A stretch of 64,000 bases of DNA from a virus. Shown piece after piece: positions 56,263 to 64,000 of this stretch (the stretch's first letter is position 1; each line of letters begins with the position of its first letter). Position numbers and translations under genes: made by a program. The stretch is taken from positions 114,984 to 178,983 of the IMG/VR virus record IMGVR_UViG_3300046170_000494; one strand, given 5' to 3'. Under the pieces are notes generated by a model, which searched no databases, was not told the DNA's origin, and worked only from the letters and a program-made list of their open reading frames with translations.

Positions 56263-57258
56263 ATGAAAAAAATTTTAAGTTTTTCCAGCAGTATAAAAAA
56301 AGACTCGATCATTTGTCTTTGTCCAATGCGCAATGAAGAGCATATTTTACATAGCTTCCTAGACCACTATTATTCGCACGGAGTCTCTCATTTTGTTTTT
56401 TTTGACAATTTATCTGATGATAATACAATTAATATACTAAAAGACTTAAGCTCAAAATATAATATTGAAGCTTATATATGCGAAGAATCTTTTATTGGTT
56501 CCAAATGGGGTAGCAATTGGGCTAATGATTTTATGCAAAAATATTGCATTGATAATTGGTGCATCACTATTGATGCTGATGAATTTTTTATGCCAAAAAA
56601 TAACCAAAAGATAATAGATTTAATCAGCAATCTTGAAGCACGTAAATTAAATTCTGCGAGATCAATACTCGTAGATATGTATCCAAAAAACTTAAATTCT
56701 GTACATAACCAAACTATAGAAAGTTCTTGTTTTTTTGATCGGTTTAATGAAATATATTACAAAGATGGCTACAGCGATTTTGGTCAAAAATATGTCATGG
56801 GAGGACTTAGAAAAAGAGTTTATGATTCGTTTAATATGATCAGTAAATGCAGTTTATTCAAAAACGAATTTTATTTATCTCACCATGTTAGCGGGGGATG
56901 GCACTGGATCAAACCTTTATCTGAATTTTACAACTTCTATCTCAATAATATAGCCATAGCACCAGTTTCATCAACATCATATTTTGATAAAAAATCTTAC
57001 CTTGAAGCCGTTAAAAAAAGCTTAGAGACCGTTAGAGATACAGAAGCATTTTGCGCTCTTTTGCATTATAAATTTTTAAGAAAAGATATCTACGCATTTT
57101 TCCAAGAAAGAGTTGAAAGAAATCAAGATTGGAATGATAGCGAAGAATATAAAAATTATATTTCTCAAAAAGAAACATCATTTTTTCATGAGAGATACAG
57201 CGTAGATTCTTCTGATAATATCAATTTAGTATATAGCGAATTAATTGATAAATTATGA
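56263..57258 (+). CDS. GT2-like glycosyltransferase
   Basis: PMRNEEHIL..FLDHY, FDNLSDD, WCITIDADEF and LLHYKF. Confidence 0.75.
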   Translation: MKKILSFSSSIKKDSIICLCPMRNEEHILHSFLDHYYSHGVSHFVFFDNLSDDNTINILKDLSSKYNIEAYICEESFIGSKWGSNWANDFMQKYCIDNWCITIDADEFFMPKNNQKIIDLISNLEARKLNSARSILVDMYPKNLNSVHNQTIESSCFFDRFNEIYYKDGYSDFGQKYVMGGLRKRVYDSFNMISKCSLFKNEFYLSHHVSGGWHWIKPLSEFYNFYLNNIAIAPVSSTSYFDKKSYLEAVKKSLETVRDTEAFCALLHYKFLRKDIYAFFQERVERNQDWNDSEEYKNYISQKETSFFHERYSVDSSDNINLVYSELIDKL

Positions 57259-57977
57259 AAGCATACATGATAACATACATGAAATCCAAAGAGAGGGTTG
57301 AAAACTTTAAGCTGGCCAAGACTTTGTCTGATGGTAATTTAAATTTATTTGAAGCGGTAGACGGACTTGAAAACTATGAATCTTTATGTGAATTTGATCG
57401 CAAGCATCATTTTCACACAGATTTTTACAAAGATAAATGGAAAAACATGCCTGGAAAATTAGGTTGCAATTTATCTTATTCAGTTTTATTTAGCAAAATA
57501 CTCAAAGAAGATCTCAAAGAAAATTGGTTTTTAATATTAGAAGACGATGCTGGAGTAAAAAAAGGCTTTATCGAAGAAGCTGAATTAATTGCCGAAAAAG
57601 CCGATTCAATAGGCACTCATTTTGTACGGCTTCATGTGGGAGAAGGAAAAGGGTTTTGGCCAGAAGACACAGGTTATTGGAATTTTTCGAAATCGCAACA
57701 GTTTAATGAAGCTTTTTTAGTAGGTCACAATTTTTATAAAATGATTCCGCAGTGGTACACTACCGCCCAATTAATTAACAAGGAGGGAATTAGAAGATTG
57801 CTTGAAGTTCGCCCTTGGAATGAAAACATTGATTTGCTATTAAATAGCTTTTCGCATCTTATTTTCGCAACGGCATACCCCTCTGAAAGTTTTTTCTCAA
57901 AAGGAAGTTGTGGAGTCGAAGATGATCAAAGCGAAATGGGAAGTGTAATCTATGAAAACCAAACTTTTTTATCATGA
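57255..57977 (+). CDS. GT25 glycosyltransferase
   Basis: FEAVDG, GKLGCNLSY, LILEDDA and TAQLINKEG. Confidence 0.75.
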   Translation: MKAYMITYMKSKERVENFKLAKTLSDGNLNLFEAVDGLENYESLCEFDRKHHFHTDFYKDKWKNMPGKLGCNLSYSVLFSKILKEDLKENWFLILEDDAGVKKGFIEEAELIAEKADSIGTHFVRLHVGEGKGFWPEDTGYWNFSKSQQFNEAFLVGHNFYKMIPQWYTTAQLINKEGIRRLLEVRPWNENIDLLLNSFSHLIFATAYPSESFFSKGSCGVEDDQSEMGSVIYENQTFLS

Positions 57978-58690
57978 TAATATCACACTCAAAAAAATTT
58001 ATTTTTATACATATTCCAAAATGCGCAGGCACATCAATTAGAAAAAAAATAGAAAACCATTTCCATAAAAACGGAATGCTCGAAATGGAAGATTTAATTT
58101 CTTTTAAAGTGGGATATGACGAGCTACCTATATCAGGCACTTCGGCAAACTGGGAAATAATACATGATTATACAGAAGATCAGTTAAGGCTGTATGAAGA
58201 ATTTCATCAACATAGCACCTTTTCTTTAGTAGAGTCTGTTTTTAATAGGGAAAAAATTAACTTAGACGAGTATTTTAAGTTTGCATTTTGCAGAAACCCT
58301 TGGGACAGAAAAGTATCTCAATATTTTTTTGGTAGACAGCAAGCGGAAAAAGGACACGAATGGGCAGTGTCGAACAAAAATCTTCAAAAACCATTTAAAC
58401 ATTTTGCTTCGAGAGCTGAAAACTGGGGAAAATTTAGAGATGGGCAGCATCAGTGGGTTTTAAATAAAGAAGGTAAATTAGGCTTAGACTTTATCGGCAA
58501 ATCAGAAAATCTTCAGCAAGATTTTAATTATGTTTGCGAAAAAATAGGCTTGCCTCAGATGGAGTTGCCGCATTCTAATAAATCTAAACACAAACATTAC
58601 ACAGAGTACTATGACGAGGAAGCTAAAAATTCGTTCGCCAAAAACTACTCAAAAGACATTGAATTTTTTAATTACAAATTTGGAGAATGA
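57974..58690 (+). CDS. Sulfotransferase family 2 protein
   Basis: FIHIPKCAGTSI (5'-PSB-like), FAFCRNPWDRKVSQY, DFIGKSENL and YSKDIEFFNYKF. Confidence 0.88.
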   Translation: MIISHSKKFIFIHIPKCAGTSIRKKIENHFHKNGMLEMEDLISFKVGYDELPISGTSANWEIIHDYTEDQLRLYEEFHQHSTFSLVESVFNREKINLDEYFKFAFCRNPWDRKVSQYFFGRQQAEKGHEWAVSNKNLQKPFKHFASRAENWGKFRDGQHQWVLNKEGKLGLDFIGKSENLQQDFNYVCEKIGLPQMELPHSNKSKHKHYTEYYDEEAKNSFAKNYSKDIEFFNYKFGE

Positions 58691-58691
58691 A

Positions 58692-59675
58692 ATGTCATAC
58701 ATCGATCAAGCTGTTAAATTTCGGATGGGAAAGTGGCATTTTCAAAAATATCCATCTAATTTAGAGCTTGACTGGGAAGATTATTCTTTATTTAGCCCCG
58801 ACGACCAAAGATTTTTGTATTGGATAGAGAAATGTAAATTTTTTGAAATCAAAAAAAACCCCGGTTTAATTTTAGATTCGAGAGATCACTTGAATGAAAA
58901 AAATCTAGAGTTAAGGATTAATCGATTACAGAAAAATCATCATCTCAACCTTAAAAAATATCCATACGTATCTCACAATCGCCCTGCTGACAAAGATTAT
59001 TCTATACTATGGTCTCTGAGCCAAACGCACGAAAGAATAGTATCGAAATGGCAAGATCACTATAATTTTGAAGATAAAAAAGACGAAATCGTATGGAGGG
59101 GAGTCGCATCAGGGTTAGACCGCCAACTTAATCGCGTTGGTAAATTTTCTGATTTTAATAAAAGCATTAAAGAAGTTCAAAGGTTCATTTTTGTCAACAA
59201 ATTTTCAAAAAAATATAATATAAAATTCGTTGACTTCCCCTTGAAATTTAAAAATAAATTTACTAAAGATAGATTGCAGGATTTTGATTTATTTCTTAAA
59301 AATAATCCTCACGCATTGGGCGAACAATTATCGTGGGCTCAAGATATTTGCTCTTATAAATACATACTAAACCTAGAAGGCTATGATTGGCCCTCTAGCT
59401 TATGCAAATCCTTACGGTCTAACAGTGTAACTATTGCAACGACCCCTAAGTGGCATAATATTTTACATTTTAAGCTTGAACCATGGGAGCACTATATTCC
59501 AATCAAAGATGATGGGTCGGACCTAGAGAATAAACTCGCATGGTGTAAATCCAATAACAAAGAATGTAAGAAAATCTCTGACAGGGCAAGTCTTTATATG
59601 TCTCAGTTTACCGAGGTCTCTGAAACTGAAATACAAAAAAAAATATTCAAAAAACTTCATGAAAACAGAATATAG
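58692..59675 (+). CDS. GT90/CAP10-like glycosyltransferase
   Basis: IVWRG, YKYILNLEG and LEPWEHYIPI..DGSDL; ATG 58692 follows the upstream stop. Confidence 0.78.
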   Translation: MSYIDQAVKFRMGKWHFQKYPSNLELDWEDYSLFSPDDQRFLYWIEKCKFFEIKKNPGLILDSRDHLNEKNLELRINRLQKNHHLNLKKYPYVSHNRPADKDYSILWSLSQTHERIVSKWQDHYNFEDKKDEIVWRGVASGLDRQLNRVGKFSDFNKSIKEVQRFIFVNKFSKKYNIKFVDFPLKFKNKFTKDRLQDFDLFLKNNPHALGEQLSWAQDICSYKYILNLEGYDWPSSLCKSLRSNSVTIATTPKWHNILHFKLEPWEHYIPIKDDGSDLENKLAWCKSNNKECKKISDRASLYMSQFTEVSETEIQKKIFKKLHENRI

Positions 59676-60291
59676 TCCTAATAAATTTCTTTTTATACAT
59701 CTTCCAAAATGCGGAGGAATGTCGATGGAGCAGATCTGCAGAGATAATGGAATACTAATTGACCCAAGAAACGCAGACACTAAATATTTAAATGAAAAGT
59801 TTAATACTGATGTATATTGTAGCTTTGAGGACCAAAAAAAATTAAGTTTTTCTTTTTCTTTCGCAAGAAATCCATACGACAGGGTGGTTTCAGCCTGGAA
59901 ATGCCCATGGGTTAGCGGAAAAAAAATATCTCAAAATAATTTTAAAAATGAATTTCATGATTTTCGTGATTTCGTTTTTAATTTTTTACCTAATGAACAC
60001 GACTTTTCTTTTTTTAGATGGTCTCATGTTATGCCTTTCACAGACCCAAGGTTCGCAATTTTTGACGATAAACAAGAACTTCAATTAAGTTTCTTGGGAA
60101 AACTGGAGACATATCAAGAAGATTTTGATTTCGTGTGTGATTCTATTAATATAAAAAAACAAAACTTACCTCATAAAAATAAAACTAATCATAAAAAATA
60201 TACTGAATATTATGATGACGAAACTCGTCAAATCGTTGCGGAAAAATACGCAAAAGACATTGAGTATTTTGGGTACAAATTTGCGGAATAA
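59659..60291 (+). CDS. Sulfotransferase family 2 protein (paralogue)
   Basis: FIHLPKCGGMS, RNPYDRVVSAW, GKLETYQEDF and YAKDIEYFGYKF. Confidence 0.85.
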   Translation: MKTEYSPNKFLFIHLPKCGGMSMEQICRDNGILIDPRNADTKYLNEKFNTDVYCSFEDQKKLSFSFSFARNPYDRVVSAWKCPWVSGKKISQNNFKNEFHDFRDFVFNFLPNEHDFSFFRWSHVMPFTDPRFAIFDDKQELQLSFLGKLETYQEDFDFVCDSINIKKQNLPHKNKTNHKKYTEYYDDETRQIVAEKYAKDIEYFGYKFAE

Positions 60292-60300
60292 TTATTGAGC

Positions 60301-61104
60301 TTATTCTGGTCTTTTGCCTAAAGGTTTTCCATCTTGACCAATTTGACCATCCCTGATCTTGGTGGCAGACACTTCTTGTAATTCTTTACTTAGCTCTAGT
60401 TGTTCGATATTATAACCAACACCTCTTCCATAAAATACATCCATAATATTAGGCAGTTCAACAACCTTAATTTTGTTTCCAAACTCAATACAAGCGGAGT
60501 GTATTTCTTTTTTGACTTTTTCAAAATCGTAGGGATTACTATCATCAATTCCGCCGACATCTCTTAATGCAATGCAACATTGACCTGTTCTTTTTACAGC
60601 TTCAGCAACAAGGCTCTTGTGTCCGATGTGAAATGGTTGATACCTGCCTATAAGTAACGCAGTTGGAGCCTGATTATCCCATGCTTCAGTTTCATCTAAT
60701 TTTTCAACAACTTTATGAACCCACTCTTCTGGAGTTCCATCAGTAAGTCTTAAATCATAATTTAGAGGTCTTTCGAACATTTTATTAGTATCTTCGTATC
60801 TACCCTCCATTATACGATCTACCCATATTACAAAATCTGCACCAAAAGCGGCTCTAGTTTCTTGGGTTGGGCATACAAAATCCGCGATAACATATGAACC
60901 CCCCATTTTTGCCCAATCGCAAAGTTTCCCCATTCGTGTGGCGTGAGACAATCGATCTTCTGGAGAAAATCCAAGTTCAGAATATATATCTTGGCGAACT
61001 GCATCTGCGTTAAACCATGCGGCATTTAATTTAGCAACAAGCTTTTCAGCGAGCGTTGTCTTTCCTGATCCAGGAAGTCCCATTATAAGAATTTTTCTTT
61101 TCAT
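60301..61104 (-). CDS. Adenylylsulfate-kinase-like domain fused to an HxGH nucleotidyltransferase domain
   Basis: GLPGSGKT, NADAVR, LGFSPEDR, ADFVCP and FERP; then GRYQPFHIGH and SATKIR. Confidence 0.75.
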   Translation of the reverse strand: MKRKILIMGLPGSGKTTLAEKLVAKLNAAWFNADAVRQDIYSELGFSPEDRLSHATRMGKLCDWAKMGGSYVIADFVCPTQETRAAFGADFVIWVDRIMEGRYEDTNKMFERPLNYDLRLTDGTPEEWVHKVVEKLDETEAWDNQAPTALLIGRYQPFHIGHKSLVAEAVKRTGQCCIALRDVGGIDDSNPYDFEKVKKEIHSACIEFGNKIKVVELPNIMDVFYGRGVGYNIEQLELSKELQEVSATKIRDGQIGQDGKPLGKRPE

Positions 61105-61127
61105 ATTTTTTTAGTACACAATTTTGA

Positions 61128-61487
61128 TTAAGTTAAATAAGTTAATTTTAATTTTTCACATATCGCTATTTTTTCAGCCTTAGACAATAAACGATATTGA
61201 TTTTGCGCATATTCATTTATCCTCATTTCTCTTTTTTCAGGAGATCCATTCACCCAATCTAAAACTAAAGAATGATTAATATTATCAATTAAATAATTTA
61301 TTATTTCTTTTTCTAGTAATTTGCTATAAATTTCAATTCTTTCTTTTGTAGACATACCTTCGTATTTCATTTTTGCTTCTAACATACATCCTGTTCTCTT
61401 CAAAATTTCTGAGGGAACTTGTGAAGCCACAACGCATTCTTGATACAAATAATCAAGCACCATTTGACGCTCTTTTCTTTTTAGCAT
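61128..61487 (-). CDS. Hypothetical protein
   Basis: Start trimmed to ATG 61487 (MLKRKE), 14 nt after a GTGTA motif; the longer start would overlap the divergent gene. Confidence 0.55.
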   Translation of the reverse strand: MLKRKERQMVLDYLYQECVVASQVPSEILKRTGCMLEAKMKYEGMSTKERIEIYSKLLEKEIINYLIDNINHSLVLDWVNGSPEKREMRINEYAQNQYRLLSKAEKIAICEKLKLTYLT

Positions 61488-61539
61488 ACATATATATACA
61501 CCCCGAAAACCGCTATTTATGCAGGTTTGATAAATTTTC

Positions 61540-61568
61540 TTGACATACGATTCCGTAAATGATATGAT
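61540..61568 (+). promoter_or_regulatory. sigma70-like promoter TTGACA-17-TATGAT
   Basis: Read directly; 6 nt to ATG 61575. Confidence 0.82.
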
Positions 61569-61574
61569 AAAATT

Positions 61575-61835
61575 ATGTTTGACGATGGTATAGCAAATGA
61601 ATTTGAAGAAGCTCATCAAAAAGGATTGAATCGCGGATTTGATCTTGGATGGAGTTATAAAGGTCAATTTGATCGTTCAATTATTCGTGGACACTTGGAG
61701 AAATTAGAGAAACAACATAAGAAACTTTCTAATTCAGAAGCTAAATTAAGAATCTTATCGCAAAAAGATGTTCTGCGCCAAGCTTTAAGGGAAATGGAGA
61801 ATCATCCCTGTAATAAAGAAAGAAGGTATAAATGA
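61575..61835 (+). CDS. Hypothetical protein
   Basis: ORF track; directly behind a promoter. Confidence 0.65.
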   Translation: MFDDGIANEFEEAHQKGLNRGFDLGWSYKGQFDRSIIRGHLEKLEKQHKKLSNSEAKLRILSQKDVLRQALREMENHPCNKERRYK

Positions 61836-62014
61836 ACAATTATAAGCTAGATATTTCAAAAGAAGAATGGATAGAAGCTTATACCCAAGAATGGATTTTG
61901 GAATGGTGCGCAAAGAATCATCCTGAGATTTTTGAGAAAGCAAAGCAGAGCTTATCTGAAATTTATGACGAAAAAGAGTGTATACTAGATAAACCTAGTA
62001 TTGCTCATGAATGA
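61832..62014 (+). CDS. Hypothetical protein
   Basis: ORF track; ATGA overlap. Confidence 0.6.
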   Translation: MNNYKLDISKEEWIEAYTQEWILEWCAKNHPEIFEKAKQSLSEIYDEKECILDKPSIAHE

Positions 62015-62204
62015 AAAACAACTTCAATTTGAAATAATAAAACGCGACAGACAAATTCAAGATTTGTATGTATTAATAGACACGCTTCAAACAAACCTTC
62101 GATCAGCTTCTAATTTATTAGACAAAGAAAACAAAGATAAAATAGTTAATGTACAAAGTTATAAATGGTGCATGAATTGGAAAGCTGGAGACGAAAAGTT
62201 ATAA
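62007..62204 (+). CDS. Hypothetical coiled-coil protein
   Basis: ORF track; ATG 62007 chosen. Confidence 0.55.
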   Translation: MNEKQLQFEIIKRDRQIQDLYVLIDTLQTNLRSASNLLDKENKDKIVNVQSYKWCMNWKAGDEKL

Positions 62205-62205
62205 T
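62177..62205 (+). promoter_or_regulatory. sigma70-like promoter for the tRNA (TTGGAA-17-TATAAT)
   Basis: The -10 box ends 10 nt before the tRNA 5' end. Confidence 0.5.
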
Positions 62206-62215
62206 ACCTTAGCTA

Positions 62216-62307
62216 GGAGAGATGGCTGAGTGGTCGAAGGCGGTGGTTTGCTAAACCATTGAAGGGATATTACCCTTCCGCAGGTTCGAATCCTGTTCTC
62301 TCCGCCA
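62216..62307 (+). tRNA. tRNA-Ser(GCT)
   Basis: Acceptor GGAGAGA/TCTCTCC, discriminator G plus CCA; anticodon stem GTGGT/ACCAT around TTGCTAA; long variable arm GAAGGG/CCCTTC; TTCGAAT loop. Confidence 0.96.
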
Positions 62308-62314
62308 CTTTGTC

Positions 62315-62343
62315 TTGACTTATCTTGCATTGCATGGTAATAT
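62315..62343 (+). promoter_or_regulatory. sigma70-like promoter TTGACT-17-TAATAT
   Basis: Read directly; 6 nt to ATG 62350. Confidence 0.7.
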
Positions 62344-62349
62344 CATTAC

Positions 62350-62655
62350 ATGACTAAAGAAAAAGATCCATTTTACGACGAAGAGATTGACTCGGCTTGC
62401 CCAATTACAAATAAACAAGTAATTGATGATTGCCACATTAAAATTGAGTTTGGATATGGTAGTGATTTAGATATGACGACTTATAGTTTTTCTCCTGTTC
62501 ACGACGAAGTCGGCAAGAAAGTTTTAGATTACATACAATCACTGATGCCAAAAGGACACTCCATAGATGAATTCGGCAATAATATGATGGATGAAGATTT
62601 TGATTGGGGTGAATGGTCAGAAGAAGACAAACGCAACCACGGATTAATAGATTGA
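62350..62655 (+). CDS. Acidic hypothetical protein
   Basis: ORF track; CPIT...HIKIEFGYGSDLD. Confidence 0.65.
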   Translation: MTKEKDPFYDEEIDSACPITNKQVIDDCHIKIEFGYGSDLDMTTYSFSPVHDEVGKKVLDYIQSLMPKGHSIDEFGNNMMDEDFDWGEWSEEDKRNHGLID

Positions 62656-62828
62656 GACCTTGGAGAAATGTAAACGCTTTAGGCAAAGTATGCATTATAT
62701 TTTGCGTAATTAATATGTTTTTAGCTATAAAATTAGCATTAATACCAAGTTATTTATGTTTATTTCAATTTTTTTTCGCAGCCACTTGCGGATTAGGAAC
62801 TTATTCAAATAAATGTCAAAAAGAGTAG
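62652..62828 (+). CDS. Small two-helix membrane protein
   Basis: TTG start overlapping the upstream TGA; two hydrophobic segments. Confidence 0.45.
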   Translation: MRPWRNVNALGKVCIIFCVINMFLAIKLALIPSYLCLFQFFFAATCGLGTYSNKCQKE

Positions 62829-63352
62829 AAAAAAGACACAATGGAAATACCTTATTCCGAGGGCATAGTATGCTCAACGGCTTAATAAAAGATTTACTTG
62901 CATACTTTCAATCTGCTTCTTGGACAGATGAAGATGAAAAAGCGAAACTTAAAATATTTTCAGATATAATCAAACCTAATAAATGCTGGTATTGTGGAGT
63001 GAAAGATCAAAGAGATATGGATCACTTTATGCCAACGAATGGAAGATTATTTGATCCCCCTATGTTTGGCTTAGAGCATCAAGGAAACATCATTCCTTCT
63101 TGTAAGTCTTGCAACGCAAACAAAAGCAATAAGCATCCTATTGCTTGGCTTAAACGAGGCATCGTAACCAAAGGTAAGGAATTTACATTCCCTAAAAAAA
63201 GAGTCGCGGCGTTTGAATTATTTTTCGATACATTTAAAGATAAACTTATTGCAGATAAAGACCTAACAGATATAATAGTTAACCAAGCAATTCCAAAATG
63301 TGAAGCGTCAACACAACAACTCGCAGATTTTGAAAAATGGATAGAATTATGA
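62813..63352 (+). CDS. HNH endonuclease
   Basis: CWYCG, DHFMP, GNIIPSCKSCNANK. Confidence 0.88.
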   Translation: MSKRVEKRHNGNTLFRGHSMLNGLIKDLLAYFQSASWTDEDEKAKLKIFSDIIKPNKCWYCGVKDQRDMDHFMPTNGRLFDPPMFGLEHQGNIIPSCKSCNANKSNKHPIAWLKRGIVTKGKEFTFPKKRVAAFELFFDTFKDKLIADKDLTDIIVNQAIPKCEASTQQLADFEKWIEL

Positions 63353-63576
63353 GTGACTTCAAATTAATAGAATCAGAAGAAGAATATAAAAAATATGAAA
63401 AACACCTTCAAGACAAAGGCGGAGTTTTTAGTGTAGAAATATGTAATGCACCATCAACATTTCCGTCTCTTGTAACCTATGCTTACTCCAACGATTCCAA
63501 TGGTCGAAGAATGATATTAAAACATATGAACGTAGAAGAAGTGTTTAATAAAATAAAAAAATATGTGGAATTATAG
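63349..63576 (+). CDS. Hypothetical protein
   Basis: ORF track; ATG 63349 overlaps the HNH stop. Confidence 0.55.
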   Translation: MSDFKLIESEEEYKKYEKHLQDKGGVFSVEICNAPSTFPSLVTYAYSNDSNGRRMILKHMNVEEVFNKIKKYVEL

Positions 63577-63859
63577 AATAATTAAAGATAAAGATACTTA
63601 TGGTCTTTATGAGGTCATGTATAATGATAATGGAGAAATTTTCGCACATACCGAAGATCCTGAAATCGTTGGTGAAGACCCTAAAGATTTACTCGACACT
63701 TTGGAATTAATGATTTCTGATGTAAATAAACACATTATTGATGGCAAAGAAATACTTGAAATAGATAAAATAAAATTCGCTAAACCATGCGAAGATTATG
63801 ACAAAGGCGAAGAAGTAACATTTGAAGAATTAGAAAATATATTAAAGAATTTAGAATAA
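63563..63859 (+). CDS. Phage hypothetical protein (WNYRII..YGLYEVMY type)
   Basis: ORF track; motif common among small phage ORFs. Confidence 0.6.
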   Translation: MWNYRIIKDKDTYGLYEVMYNDNGEIFAHTEDPEIVGEDPKDLLDTLELMISDVNKHIIDGKEILEIDKIKFAKPCEDYDKGEEVTFEELENILKNLE

Positions 63860-64000
63860 GTGTAATATATAGAGTGCAAGTTAATTTCAAAGATTTTTGA
63901 CTACATTATAATGTTTTTTGCTTTTTGGCATTATCTTTTGATTGAAAACATTAAAAGATTCTTTCGCGGATATTAAGCTTGACATATAATTATTTTTTTG

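Noticed and set aside
62216-62343. tRNA-Ser as a prophage attachment site
   Set aside because: No integrase, no duplicated tRNA 3' end, and phage-like genes on both sides
1-64000. Alternative genetic code (stop-codon reassignment)
   Set aside because: Very long ORFs are intact in the standard code, and TAA, TGA and TAG all terminate genes at sensible boundaries
63860-64000. GTGTAATA motif and a final TTGACA (63979) marking another gene or ncRNA
   Set aside because: Only very short ORFs follow the motif, and the last promoter is cut by the window edge, so nothing can be supported

Overview
This window is an AT-rich segment of a large tailed-phage (Caudoviricetes) genome, read in the standard genetic code. 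I found no capsid, terminase, polymerase or integrase gene in it. (1) 1-7.7 kb (+): glycan-modification genes (DxD glycosyltransferase, HAD-nucleotidyltransferase fusion, phosphodiesterase, WavE-like, GT4/GT9-like), plus an SSB-like gene and a Rad52-like annealase. (2) 7.8-47.2 kb: a long-tail morphogenesis module. It has a lambda-like H-(tube,tube)-M-L-K-I/J tip, a 2299-aa tape measure protein, two paralogous tail chaperones, neck genes, four tube-fold paralogues and several fibres, with repeated strand switches. (3) 47.2-54.7 kb (+): nucleotide metabolism and recombination genes (NDT-like, GuaC, RuvB-like, dCMP deaminase, Hjc-like nuclease, dUTPase) and a complete tmRNA. (4) 54.7-61.1 kb: a glycosyltransferase/sulfotransferase island ending in an APS-kinase/HxGH-nucleotidyltransferase fusion. 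(5) 61.5-64 kb: small ORFs, tRNA-Ser(GCT) and an HNH nuclease. Two promoter classes are visible by eye. One is near-consensus sigma70 (C)TTGACA-17-TATAAT, often exactly 6 nt before the ATG, implying leaderless mRNA. The other is a recurrent GTGTA(A/T) motif upstream of structural and glycan genes, a candidate phage late promoter. The most intriguing candidate novelty is a tape measure protein built from G-x-[IV]-P-N-[FY]-delimited modules, one of which carries a PD-(D/E)XK nuclease-like motif set. All product calls come from motif recognition by eye; no database search was run.
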